Part shown: in pieces, positions 28,308 to 37,849 of the stretch | Layout of the letters: every line of letters begins with the position of its first letter | How positions within the stretch are numbered: the stretch's first letter is position 1 | DNA from: Clostridia bacterium | GTDB lineage: Bacteria > Bacillota > Clostridia > Oscillospirales > UBA644 | Length of the DNA: 64,000 nucleotides | Reading direction: 5' to 3' | Assembly: GCA_017427285.1 (NCBI GenBank) | Contig: JAFRTE010000035.1 | Location: 6,038-70,037, forward strand | The notes under the pieces: model-generated | The model's database searches: none | What the model was told of the DNA's origin: nothing | Seen by the model: the letters and a program-made list of their open reading frames with translations, nothing else | Program-made: the position numbers and the translations under genes

Positions 28308-30479
28308 CTAAATAAGTTTTGTTTGCGCGGGAGCTTCGTCTTCCTTTAAAAACGCGCCTGCGGCGGGGATGTTTTTCGTTCTGTATTTGTTCGGTTTGTC
28401 AAACATTCCCTCTTCATACAAAACAACATCAGAAAGCACGTTTTTCGATTTGAGCGTCATAACGTTTACGCCTGCCGTGCTCTTCGTTGATTTTGCTCCG
28501 ATTGCACCGCTGTCAACTATAAGGCAGCGTCCGTTTGATGAGGTTAAAACGAAAAGCTTTTCTTCGGTTATTGCAAACATTGCAACGAGCTTTGAAGCGT
28601 CCGAATAAGCGTTAATGAGCTTTTTGCGGTTAGTTTTCGTTTCGTAGGACGACATTTCTATCTTTGCGCACTTTCCGTTTTCGAAAAATGCAAGAATATA
28701 TCCCTTGTAATCGGTTGTTGCCGCTATAAATACGGGCGTTTCGCCGCTGTCCATACCGAGCTTCTGAGGCAGAAAATCGCCGAGCACGGAAGTACGCGAA
28801 TCGTCAAAATCGCATATCTTCGCTTTGTAAACCTGGCATTTATCGGTAAAAACAAGAATATCCGATAGGTTGGTCGCCTCAAACGTAAAGCGGATCTCGT
28901 CGCCTTCTTTGAGCTTATGGTCGCCTGACATACGAAGCGACTGCGCGGTTATCTTCTTGAAATAGCCGGCGGCGGTCATAAATACCGTTACGGGGTAATC
29001 CTCCGCAGTATCCTCTTCTTCGGGCTCTTCTATCTCGTCTTCGTATAAAAGCGCGGTCTTTCTCGGCTTGCCGTATTTTTTCATTATCTGGGTAAGCTGG
29101 TCGATTATCACCTTTTTGAGCTTCTGATGCGAATTTAAGATGCCTTGCATCTCTTCTGCGGACTTTTTCAGCTTTTCGATTTCCGCGGTCTTGTTTAAAA
29201 TATATTCGCGGTTTAAATTTCTCAGTTTGATTTCCGCAACAAACTCCGCCTGTATTTCGTCTATGCCGAAACCTATCATGAGGTTGGGAACAACTTCGTC
29301 TTCCTCTTCCGTTTCGCGGACGATTTTTATCGCCTTGTCTATATCGAGAAGTATTTTCTGCAGTCCGAGCAGAAGATGAAGTCTGTCGTTCGTTTTCTGA
29401 ATATCGTAGTAAAGACCGCGTTTAATGCATTCTGTTCTGAACGCTATCCATTCGCTGAGTATTTCCTTGATACCCATAGTTTTCGGCCTTCCGCCGATAA
29501 GGATGTTGAAGTTTGCGGCAAACGAGTCTTCAAGAGTTGTCATTTTGAAAAGACGTTGCATGAGCTTGTCGGGGTCTGCGCCGCGTTTTAAGTCTATCGC
29601 TATTTTCATGCCGTTGATATCCGTTTCGTCTCGGATATACGACGCTTCCCTGATTTTACCCGTCTTTACAAGATCGACAACTTTGTCTATTATGGCTTCA
29701 ACGGTCGTGGAAAAAGGAATTTCCGTTATTTCTATGCAGTTTGCTTTTTTATCGTATGAGTATTTTGCCCTTACTTTAAAAGAACCGATCCCCGTATCGT
29801 ATATCTGGCGAAGCTGCTCGCGGTTGTAGATGATATATCCGCCGGTCGTAAAATCGGGCGCGGTAAGAGTAAGCATTATATTGTGGTCCGGGTTTTTTAT
29901 AAGCTCAATCGTAGTCTGGCATATTTCGTTTAAATTAAACGAGCATATCGTGCTTGCCATACCTACCGCGATGCCCTGATTCGGGTTTACAAGCACGTTA
30001 GGAAACGTGGTGGGCAAAAGCGTCGGCTCTTTCATCGTACCGTCGTAATTGTCTACAAAATCAACAACGTCCTTGTCGATATCCGCAAAGATCTCTGAGC
30101 AGACGGGGTCAAGCTTCGCTTCGGTATATCTCGGCGCGGCAAAAGCCATATCTCTTGAATAATGTTTGCCGAAATTGCCTTTTGAGTCAACGAGCGGCAG
30201 TATCAGCGCATCGTGACCTCTTGTCAGACGGACCATGGTTTCGTAAATCGCCATGTCTCCGTGAGGATTTAAACGCATTGTCTGGCCAACGATATTCGCG
30301 CTTTTCGTTTTTGCTCCGTTTAAAAGCCCCATTTTATACATTGTATAAAGCAGCTTTCTGTGAGACGGCTTGAAACCGTCTATTTCGGGTATTGCACGCG
30401 ATACGATAACGCTCATCGTATATGGCATATAGTTTTCTTCAAGTGTCCGTGTGATCGGCTGTTCTGTCTGATTCTGCAT
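28308..30479 (-). CDS. Type IIA DNA topoisomerase subunit A (ParC/GyrA-like, no GyrA-box)
   Basis: DGFKPSHR, PHGD, AAPRYTE catalytic Tyr, GIAVGMA; short C-terminal pinwheel. Confidence 0.92.
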   Translation of the reverse strand: MQNQTEQPITRTLEENYMPYTMSVIVSRAIPEIDGFKPSHRKLLYTMYKMGLLNGAKTKSANIVGQTMRLNPHGDMAIYETMVRLTRGHDALILPLVDSKGNFGKHYSRDMAFAAPRYTEAKLDPVCSEIFADIDKDVVDFVDNYDGTMKEPTLLPTTFPNVLVNPNQGIAVGMASTICSFNLNEICQTTIELIKNPDHNIMLTLTAPDFTTGGYIIYNREQLRQIYDTGIGSFKVRAKYSYDKKANCIEITEIPFSTTVEAIIDKVVDLVKTGKIREASYIRDETDINGMKIAIDLKRGADPDKLMQRLFKMTTLEDSFAANFNILIGGRPKTMGIKEILSEWIAFRTECIKRGLYYDIQKTNDRLHLLLGLQKILLDIDKAIKIVRETEEEDEVVPNLMIGFGIDEIQAEFVAEIKLRNLNREYILNKTAEIEKLKKSAEEMQGILNSHQKLKKVIIDQLTQIMKKYGKPRKTALLYEDEIEEPEEEDTAEDYPVTVFMTAAGYFKKITAQSLRMSGDHKLKEGDEIRFTFEATNLSDILVFTDKCQVYKAKICDFDDSRTSVLGDFLPQKLGMDSGETPVFIAATTDYKGYILAFFENGKCAKIEMSSYETKTNRKKLINAYSDASKLVAMFAITEEKLFVLTSSNGRCLIVDSGAIGAKSTKSTAGVNVMTLKSKNVLSDVVLYEEGMFDKPNKYRTKNIPAAGAFLKEDEAPAQTKLI

Positions 30480-30497
30480 GATTTCTCCTAAAATCTT

Positions 30498-31148
30498 CTA
30501 TAAGCTTTCAATTATGCCGTAAACGTCTTCGGCTGTATCAGCAAACATTTTTGCTCCGGCGCTTTCAAGCTCTTCTCTGCTTCCGTGACCGTAAAGCACG
30601 CAAATACAGTCTATCCCGTTTTGCTTCGCTCCGATAAAATCGTGTTTTCTGTCGCCGACCATCACGGCAAGCGACTTACTTTTTACTTCAAGCGCGGCGA
30701 GCGCATTTTTTATTATGTCCGCCTTAACTTCGTCCGTTCTTTCCGGATCGCTGCCGCAGACTGCGGTAAAATATTTTTTCAGTCCGAAATACTCAAGGAC
30801 CCTGCAGGAAGCAGGCGTAGGCTTTAATGTGGCGACAGCAAGCGTGTATCCGCTTTCGCAAAGACGCGACAAAAGAATTTCAACGCCGTTATAAACGCGG
30901 TTTTCAAAGATCCCCTTCGGCGTGTAATATTCCCTGAAAAGCGTTATCGCCTCTTTTGCCTTTTCATCCGAAAAGCCGAAATGCTCCTTATATGCCTGCG
31001 AAAGAGGCGCTCCGATAAATGTCGGAAGCGTTTTTTCGTTGTAATTCGTTATGCCGAGCTTTTCAAGAGAGTATTTTACGGAATTTACTATCCCTTCCTG
31101 AGGTTCGGTAAGCGTACCGTCGAGATCGAAAAGAATATATTTTTTCAT
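30498..31148 (-). CDS. HAD-IA family hydrolase
   Basis: FDLDGTL, MVGDRKHD. Confidence 0.92.
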   Translation of the reverse strand: MKKYILFDLDGTLTEPQEGIVNSVKYSLEKLGITNYNEKTLPTFIGAPLSQAYKEHFGFSDEKAKEAITLFREYYTPKGIFENRVYNGVEILLSRLCESGYTLAVATLKPTPASCRVLEYFGLKKYFTAVCGSDPERTDEVKADIIKNALAALEVKSKSLAVMVGDRKHDFIGAKQNGIDCICVLYGHGSREELESAGAKMFADTAEDVYGIIESL

Positions 31149-31153
31149 GTTTT

Positions 31154-33139
31154 TTATGAAATATCCGCAAGCTCGAGGTATTTCGGACCGTTTTCTTCGA
31201 TAAAGAGTTTTCTTGCCTCAAGATCGTTGCCGAGCAGCGTATTAAACATTATATATGTCGGTTCTTCGTCTTCGGGCATAACTTTTATGAGTTTTCTTGT
31301 TGCGGGGTCCATTGTTGTAAGCTTCATCATTTCCGGGTCGTTTTCGCCGAGACCTTTCGATCTCTGAACGGAGTATTTGCCCGTAAGCTTGGATACGATC
31401 TCGTTTTTCTCTCTGTCGGTATACGCAAACATCGTCTTGTCTTTTGCCGTAATTTCGTAAAGCGGCGATTCGGCAATATACACTTTTCCGTCTGCAATAA
31501 GCGATGGCGTAAGTCTGTAAAGCATTGCAAGTATAAGGGTGCGTATCTGATATCCGTCTTCGTCGGCATCGGTGCAGATTATTATTTTATGAAAACGGAG
31601 CCCGTCGGGATTGAATTCCGCAAGCTGCTTGCCGTGAGCCGATATTTCAATACCGCAGCCGAGGACTTTTATTAGGTCGGTTATAATATCGCTTTTGAGT
31701 ATTTTTGCATAATCCGCTTTAAGACAGTTGAGTATCTTGCCTCTTACGGGCATAATCGCCTGAAATTCCGCCATCCTTGCAAGCTTTACCGAACCGAGAG
31801 CGGAGTCGCCCTCAACGATATAAAGCTCTCTTTCAGCGGGATTTTTCGAACGGCAGTCCACGTATTTTTCTACCCTGTTCGCAATATCCATCTCGCTCGT
31901 GAGCTTCTTTTTAATGTTGAGCCTGTTTTTCTCGGCGTTTTCCCTGCTTCGTTTGTTTATCAGGACCTGGTCGGCAATTTTATCGGCTTCCTGCTTGTTT
32001 TCAATAAAGTATACTTCAAGGGAATGCTTCAAAAAATCCGTCATGCATTCCTGAATAAATTTATTGTTTATCGCTTTTTTCGTCTGATTTTCGTAGGAAG
32101 TTACGGTGGATTGCGAGTTTGAGATCAGCGCAAGACAGTCTGAAATATCAACGAAAGTAACTTTCGATTCGTTTTTCAGATATTTGTTGTTCTGCTTGAG
32201 ATATGCATCTATAGCGTGGACAAATGCGCTCTTTACGGCTTTGTCAGGAGAGCCGCCGTATTCTAGAAAACTTGAATTGTGGTAGTATTCAAGCATCTGT
32301 TTTGTATTAGTAAAGCAGAAAACAACGTTTAAACGGACCTTATATTCCGGCTTGTCCTCGCGGTCTCTGCCTTTTCTGTCCGCCGAAATATTCTGTATCG
32401 AAGTCATCGCCTCAACTCCGACGCATTCTTCAAGATATCCCTCGATGCCGTTTTCGTAAAGGTATGTTTCGTCTTCAAAACTACCTTTTTCGGTCTGATA
32501 TTTCAGCACGATGGTAAGACCTGCGTTGCAGACCGCCTGTTTTTTTATCGTTTCCGAAAAGTATTCGCGCGGTATGTTTATATCGGTAAAAACATCTCTG
32601 TCAGGGCGCCATTTTATCCTTGACCCCGACGCGTGCGTGCTCGGAGCTTTGCCGAGCTGCTCTTCTTTGTTCTTTTTTACCGGTTTGCCCTTTTTAAACT
32701 GAAGATTGTATGAATACTCGCCGTTGTAAATCTCCGCTTCCATATATTCCGAAGCGTATTGCGTGGCGCAAAGGCCTAGACCGTTCAGACCGAGAGAGTA
32801 TTCGTAGCTTCCCGACGTATCGTTGTCGTATTTGCCGCCCGCATACATCTCGCAGAAAAGAAGCTCCCAGTTATACGCCTTCTCTTTTTCGTTCCAGTCA
32901 ACGGGAACGCCTCTGCCTGAGTCTTTTACTTCAATGCTTCCGTCGTTGAATACGGTAACGGTGATCTTTTTGCCGTATCCTTCCTTAAACTCGTCAATAG
33001 AGTTTGAAAGGATCTCGAAAAAGGCGTGTTCGCAGCCCTCAAGTCCGTCGGAACCGAAAATGACGGACGGGCGCAGACGGACCCTGTCGGCTCCTTTGAG
33101 AGATTTTATGCTGTTGTCGTCATATACTTTTTTTGCCAA
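31154..33139 (-). CDS. Type IIA DNA topoisomerase subunit B (ParE/GyrB-like)
   Basis: EILSNSIDE, DSGRGVP, VEGDSA, PVRGKILN, TDADEDG, RSKGLGE; TTG start. Confidence 0.93.
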   Translation of the reverse strand: MAKKVYDDNSIKSLKGADRVRLRPSVIFGSDGLEGCEHAFFEILSNSIDEFKEGYGKKITVTVFNDGSIEVKDSGRGVPVDWNEKEKAYNWELLFCEMYAGGKYDNDTSGSYEYSLGLNGLGLCATQYASEYMEAEIYNGEYSYNLQFKKGKPVKKNKEEQLGKAPSTHASGSRIKWRPDRDVFTDINIPREYFSETIKKQAVCNAGLTIVLKYQTEKGSFEDETYLYENGIEGYLEECVGVEAMTSIQNISADRKGRDREDKPEYKVRLNVVFCFTNTKQMLEYYHNSSFLEYGGSPDKAVKSAFVHAIDAYLKQNNKYLKNESKVTFVDISDCLALISNSQSTVTSYENQTKKAINNKFIQECMTDFLKHSLEVYFIENKQEADKIADQVLINKRSRENAEKNRLNIKKKLTSEMDIANRVEKYVDCRSKNPAERELYIVEGDSALGSVKLARMAEFQAIMPVRGKILNCLKADYAKILKSDIITDLIKVLGCGIEISAHGKQLAEFNPDGLRFHKIIICTDADEDGYQIRTLILAMLYRLTPSLIADGKVYIAESPLYEITAKDKTMFAYTDREKNEIVSKLTGKYSVQRSKGLGENDPEMMKLTTMDPATRKLIKVMPEDEEPTYIMFNTLLGNDLEARKLFIEENGPKYLELADIS

Positions 33140-33141
33140 AA

Positions 33142-34059
33142 TCAGTTTTCCTCCATATCAAGCAGCGCGTTTGCAAATTCAACGGGAACGAACGGCTGCA
33201 AATCGTCTATTTTTTCCCCGACTCCGACGAGTTTTATGGGGATCTGAGCGATATCTCTTACTGAAAGCGTAACGCCGCCTTTGGCGGTCCCGTCAAGCTT
33301 TGTTAAAACAACACCCGTAACTGACGTTGCCTCTTTGAAGTTTTGCGCCTGGACTATGGCGTTTTGTCCCGTTGTGGCGTCCAGAACGAGCAGTATCTCT
33401 TTATCCGCGTCGGGAAGCTCTTTCGAGACTACGCGCGTTATCTTTGCAAGCTCGTCCATAAGTCCCTTTTTATTGTGAAGTCTGCCTGCCGTATCGCATA
33501 TTACAACGTCCGCTTCGCGCGCTTTTGCCGCCTGTATTGCATCGTAAACAACCGATGCGGGGTCAGAACCGTCCTTATGCTTTACTATATCTATTCCCGC
33601 GCGTTCCGCCCATATTTCCACCTGCTCGATGGCGGCTGCCCTGAACGTATCCGCGGCGGCGATAATAACTTTTTTGCCCTGCTGCTTTAACAGATTTGCA
33701 AGTTTGCCTATCGTTGTGGTTTTTCCTACGCCGTTTACGCCAACAACTACTATAACGGACGGCTGTGTGTTTATTACTAGCTCGTTTTCTCCGGTCATTT
33801 TCTCCGCGATTATATCGCGCAAAACGGTTTTAAGAGTTTGAGCGTCTTCGATCTTTTCGAGCTTCGCTCTTTTTCTGAGCTCTTCGATTATTCCTTCGGC
33901 TGTTTCATATCCGACATCTGAAAGCAGAAGAAGCTCAAAAAGCTCGTCAAGAAACTCTTCGTCAACTTTTCTGAATGTTGCGAATATTTCGTTCAGTCCG
34001 TGCTGTATGTTTTCTTTTGTTTTTGACAGTCCGGCTTTTATTTTTTCAAAAAATCCCAT
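33142..34059 (-). CDS. ftsY: Signal recognition particle-docking protein
   Basis: GVNGVGKTTT, DTFRAAA, DTAGR, TKLDGTAKGG. Confidence 0.97.
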   Translation of the reverse strand: MGFFEKIKAGLSKTKENIQHGLNEIFATFRKVDEEFLDELFELLLLSDVGYETAEGIIEELRKRAKLEKIEDAQTLKTVLRDIIAEKMTGENELVINTQPSVIVVVGVNGVGKTTTIGKLANLLKQQGKKVIIAAADTFRAAAIEQVEIWAERAGIDIVKHKDGSDPASVVYDAIQAAKAREADVVICDTAGRLHNKKGLMDELAKITRVVSKELPDADKEILLVLDATTGQNAIVQAQNFKEATSVTGVVLTKLDGTAKGGVTLSVRDIAQIPIKLVGVGEKIDDLQPFVPVEFANALLDMEEN

Positions 34060-34079
34060 TAAACCCCTCCTTTTTGCCG

Positions 34080-37000
34080 CTATTCTTCGTTTTCAGCGGC
34101 CTCAGATATATCGATGGTAAGTATTTTCGATATGCCTTTTTCTCGCATGGTTACTCCGTAAAGTCTGTCCGCAGCTTCCATGGAGCCCCGTCTGTGGGTT
34201 ATGAGCAGAAACTGAGTTGTATCGGAAAATCCGCGAAGATACTGAGCGTATCTCGTTACGTTAACGTCGTCAAGAGCGGATTCTATCTCGTCAAGCAGAC
34301 AGAAAGGCGACGGACGCACCTTCATAAGCGCGAAATAAAGCGCGATTGCGGTAAGCGACTGTTCTCCGCCCGAAAGCGACGACAGATGCTTTATTACTTT
34401 TCCGGGAGGCGCAACGTATATCTCAACGCCCGATTCGAGCGGATCGTCGGGGTCCGTAAGCGTAAGCTTTGCGTTTCCTCCGCCGAAAAGCTCTCTGAAA
34501 ACCTGTAAAAACGCTTCGTTTATCTTTTTGAACTGCGTTTCGAAAATACCCGTCATTTCCTTCACAAGCTGCTCGATTATCTTTTCAAGCTGCTCTTTTG
34601 AAGAAATAAGATCGTTTGTCTGCTCTTCGAGAGAATCGTGGCGCTGTTTGACCTGCGCAAACTCTTCTATTGCTTCAACGTTTACGCTGCCAAGCGCCTT
34701 GATCTGGCTTTTAAGCTCGGATACGCGCTTTCTTGATGAATCGGCATCTTCGAAAACGTTGTTTTTCGCAAACTCTTCCGCGTCGGACATCGTCATTTCG
34801 TATTCGTCCCAGACTTTTGAGGAAACAGAGTCGATTTCCGTTTTTAAGGACGTCTTTTTGATCGTTATCCTTTCCGATTCTCTGCCCAGACGGTCTTTAT
34901 TAGCAAAATACTTCTTTTCTTCTTCGAAAAGCGAGTTCTTTTCCGCCTCGATTGCCGTCCTTCTTTCGTTTTTCGCAGTAATCGCCTTTACTTTTTCTTC
35001 CGAAGTATAGCGGACGGCGGCAAGCTCCTCGGTTTTTTCAAGAGCGTTTTTACGCAAGCAATCTATGTTTGAATTGATCGTTTCGATCTCGTCTTTCAGC
35101 TTTGCGGTAAGCTCTTCGCCTTCTTTTCTGCGGTCTTCGAGACGCTGCGTGATATTGGCGATATTTTCTATATCCTTGAGTTTTTCAAGCTTCTGCATGT
35201 CTTTTTCGTGAAGACGTGCGGAAATCTCTTCCTGTATCTTTGCCAACGCCTCATGCTTTTCGTTTAAAGCGGTGATCTCTTTTTGCTTTTCGGCTATCGC
35301 CGCAAGCTTTTCTTTAAGAGCGGACTTTGTTTCTTCAAGCTCCGCAAGAGTTTTTGCCTTTTCTTCCGTATTTGCTTCTACGGTGCTTTCGAGGGCCTTT
35401 ATCTGTTCTGATACATTGAAAATATACTGCTCGCTATGCTCCGTTTCGGCTTTGACCTTTATATGTTCGTCGCTTACCGCCTGATTTTCGGCGATAAGTC
35501 CGTCAAGAGCCGCCTGCGCGGATGCGAGTTCGGCGGTAACGGCTTTAAGGCGGGTCTCTTTTTCGCGGAGCTTTTCGGTAAGCGTTTCTATTTCACTTTC
35601 AAGTTTCTTTATCTCGTTTGCTCTGCTTAAAATACCCGTGTTTTTGCCTACCGAACCGCCCGTGAGCGAACCGCCGGGGTTTACAACCTGTCCATCAAGC
35701 GTAACGGCCTTGAAAGAATATCTGTTTGCCCTTGCGATATCTGTTGCGTCGTCGATTGTATCTACTATTACGGTCCTGCCGAGAAGCTGTTCTATAACAC
35801 CTCTGTATTTTTCGTCGTATCTGATAAGATCGGAAGCAATCCCGCGGTAGCCGCGCGCGCCGCGAAGGTGCGTTTCGTCAAGCTTTCTGCCCGAAACGGT
35901 TGAAACGGGAAGAAAAGTAGCTCTGCCCAGGTTTTTTGATTTCAGAAAATATATGCAGTCTTTTGCAGTGCGTTCATCTTCCGTTATTATATTCTGAATT
36001 GCGGCGCCGAGCGCGATCTCCGTTGCCGTTGCGTATTCGGGGTCAACTTTTATTACCGATGCGACCGTGCCGTGGACACCCGTAAGAACCCCGCGCGCCG
36101 CCTCGTTCATAACGCTTTTTACGCTTCCCGCAAAGCCCTCGTAATGCTTTTCCATATCTTCAAACATCGTTTTACGGCTCTTTTTTTCGGAAATGCTGAA
36201 TTTAAGCGTATTGTATTCGCTGTTTGCGGTTTCAAGCTTTTTCCGCGCGCCTGAAACCTTAATTGAATATCCGTTGAAAATGTTTTTGTTGTCCGCGAGC
36301 TTCTGCTCAAGTTCGGCAAGCAGCTGTCTGCCCGATTCTCTGCCTTTATTGAGCGAATCGAGCCGCTCTTTTGCGTCTTCAAGCTCTTTTTTGACATTTT
36401 CTGTCGACTCGTCGAGCACGGCCGTTTTTTCTGTGCAGCGTCCTTCCGTAACGCGAAGAAGAGTTATCTCGGAAGAAAGAGCGTCGTATTCGCCCGTCAG
36501 CCTGTCGGAGTTTTCGGCGTAGTTGCGGTCGTCTCCGAGCTTTTCGTCTTTTTCCGCGTTTATCTTTTCTGTTTCTTTGTCAATTTCGTATATCTCTTTT
36601 TTCAGCTCCTCGATTTTTTCCGACTGCGCCTCTATCTCCTTCAGTATTTCTGCGTCGGAACGGCTGCCCGAAAGAATTTCGGAATTAATCCTTTCGATAT
36701 CTTTCTGCGCATGCTCGACATCGTTGTTTATAATAAGGATCTCGGAGTTTTTCTGCTGTAAAAGCTCGTCAAACTGCTTGCTTTCCGTGCGCATCTGTTC
36801 TATTTTTGCGGTAAGCATCGCAATATCGTCGGCAAGCTGCTCCATTTTATGCTCGCATCTTAAAATTTCCGCGTCGTTTTTCTCGGTCGATTCAATAAGC
36901 GCGGCTTCTGTTTTTTCGATCTCTTCAAGCTCTTTTGTGAAACGGTCGAGATCGGAAATCCACAGCGATATTTCAAGCTTTTTCTTTTCGTCAAAAAGCT

Positions 37001-37649
37001 CGATATACCGTCTCGCTTTTTTTGCCTGCTGCTCAAGCGGCCCCAATCTGTCTGCAAGCTCTGTGATTATATCTGAAAGGCGGACTATATTGTCCTGCGT
37101 AGCGATAAGCTTGCGCTCGCTTTCCTCTTTTTTGAATCTGTATTTCGCTATTCCCGCGGCTTCTTCAAAAACAGTCCTTCTGTCTGCGCTTTTTGCGGAA
37201 ATTATTTCTGTGACCGAGCCCTGTCCGATAATGGAATAGCCCGTCTTTCCAAGTCCGGTATCGCGGAAAAGATCGTGAATGTCTTTTAAACGGACGTTTT
37301 GCTTGTTTATGAAATATTCGCTTTCGCCCGAACGGTAGTATCTTCTTGAAATAACTACTTCGGAATACGTTTCGGGTAAAGTGCCGTCGCTGTTATCGAG
37401 AGTAAGCGATACTTCGGCAAACCCGAGCGGACGGCGAGACTGCGTGCCGTCAAAAATAACGTCTTCCATTTTAACGCCGCGAAGCGAACGCGAAGAGGTT
37501 TCGCCCATTACCCAGCGTATCGCGTCGGCTATATTGCTTTTTCCGCTTCCGTTCGGACCGACTATCGCCGTTATGCCCGAACTGAAATTGATGAGCGTTT
37601 TATCGGGAAATGATTTGAATCCCGTAAGCTCAAGGCTTTTTAACTGCAT
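34080..37649 (-). CDS. smc: Chromosome segregation protein SMC
   Basis: GFKSF, GPNGSGKSN, hinge, coiled coils, LSGGE, LLDEIE; start MQLKSLEL with SD AGGAG. Confidence 0.97.
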   Translation of the reverse strand: MQLKSLELTGFKSFPDKTLINFSSGITAIVGPNGSGKSNIADAIRWVMGETSSRSLRGVKMEDVIFDGTQSRRPLGFAEVSLTLDNSDGTLPETYSEVVISRRYYRSGESEYFINKQNVRLKDIHDLFRDTGLGKTGYSIIGQGSVTEIISAKSADRRTVFEEAAGIAKYRFKKEESERKLIATQDNIVRLSDIITELADRLGPLEQQAKKARRYIELFDEKKKLEISLWISDLDRFTKELEEIEKTEAALIESTEKNDAEILRCEHKMEQLADDIAMLTAKIEQMRTESKQFDELLQQKNSEILIINNDVEHAQKDIERINSEILSGSRSDAEILKEIEAQSEKIEELKKEIYEIDKETEKINAEKDEKLGDDRNYAENSDRLTGEYDALSSEITLLRVTEGRCTEKTAVLDESTENVKKELEDAKERLDSLNKGRESGRQLLAELEQKLADNKNIFNGYSIKVSGARKKLETANSEYNTLKFSISEKKSRKTMFEDMEKHYEGFAGSVKSVMNEAARGVLTGVHGTVASVIKVDPEYATATEIALGAAIQNIITEDERTAKDCIYFLKSKNLGRATFLPVSTVSGRKLDETHLRGARGYRGIASDLIRYDEKYRGVIEQLLGRTVIVDTIDDATDIARANRYSFKAVTLDGQVVNPGGSLTGGSVGKNTGILSRANEIKKLESEIETLTEKLREKETRLKAVTAELASAQAALDGLIAENQAVSDEHIKVKAETEHSEQYIFNVSEQIKALESTVEANTEEKAKTLAELEETKSALKEKLAAIAEKQKEITALNEKHEALAKIQEEISARLHEKDMQKLEKLKDIENIANITQRLEDRRKEGEELTAKLKDEIETINSNIDCLRKNALEKTEELAAVRYTSEEKVKAITAKNERRTAIEAEKNSLFEEEKKYFANKDRLGRESERITIKKTSLKTEIDSVSSKVWDEYEMTMSDAEEFAKNNVFEDADSSRKRVSELKSQIKALGSVNVEAIEEFAQVKQRHDSLEEQTNDLISSKEQLEKIIEQLVKEMTGIFETQFKKINEAFLQVFRELFGGGNAKLTLTDPDDPLESGVEIYVAPPGKVIKHLSSLSGGEQSLTAIALYFALMKVRPSPFCLLDEIESALDDVNVTRYAQYLRGFSDTTQFLLITHRRGSMEAADRLYGVTMREKGISKILTIDISEAAENEE

Positions 37650-37775
37650 ATTCTCTCCTGTTGAAATGCCATATTTTATCAGTATAATTATAGCACATTT
37701 TAATAAAAATTTCAACCTTTTAATGATAAAATTACCGTGAAATTTATACTTTACTCAAATATTTCGGCTTATTGC

Positions 37776-37803
37776 GGAACATTTTTACTCTCTTTCCGTC
37801 TAA
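37776..37803 (+). promoter_or_regulatory. Putative ECF sigma promoter
   Basis: GGAAC-N16-CGTCTA upstream of beta-propeller lipoprotein. Confidence 0.5.
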
Positions 37804-37849
37804 AAAGACAAATGCAGGAGATTATTCGTGATTTACGGAGGCGCATACA

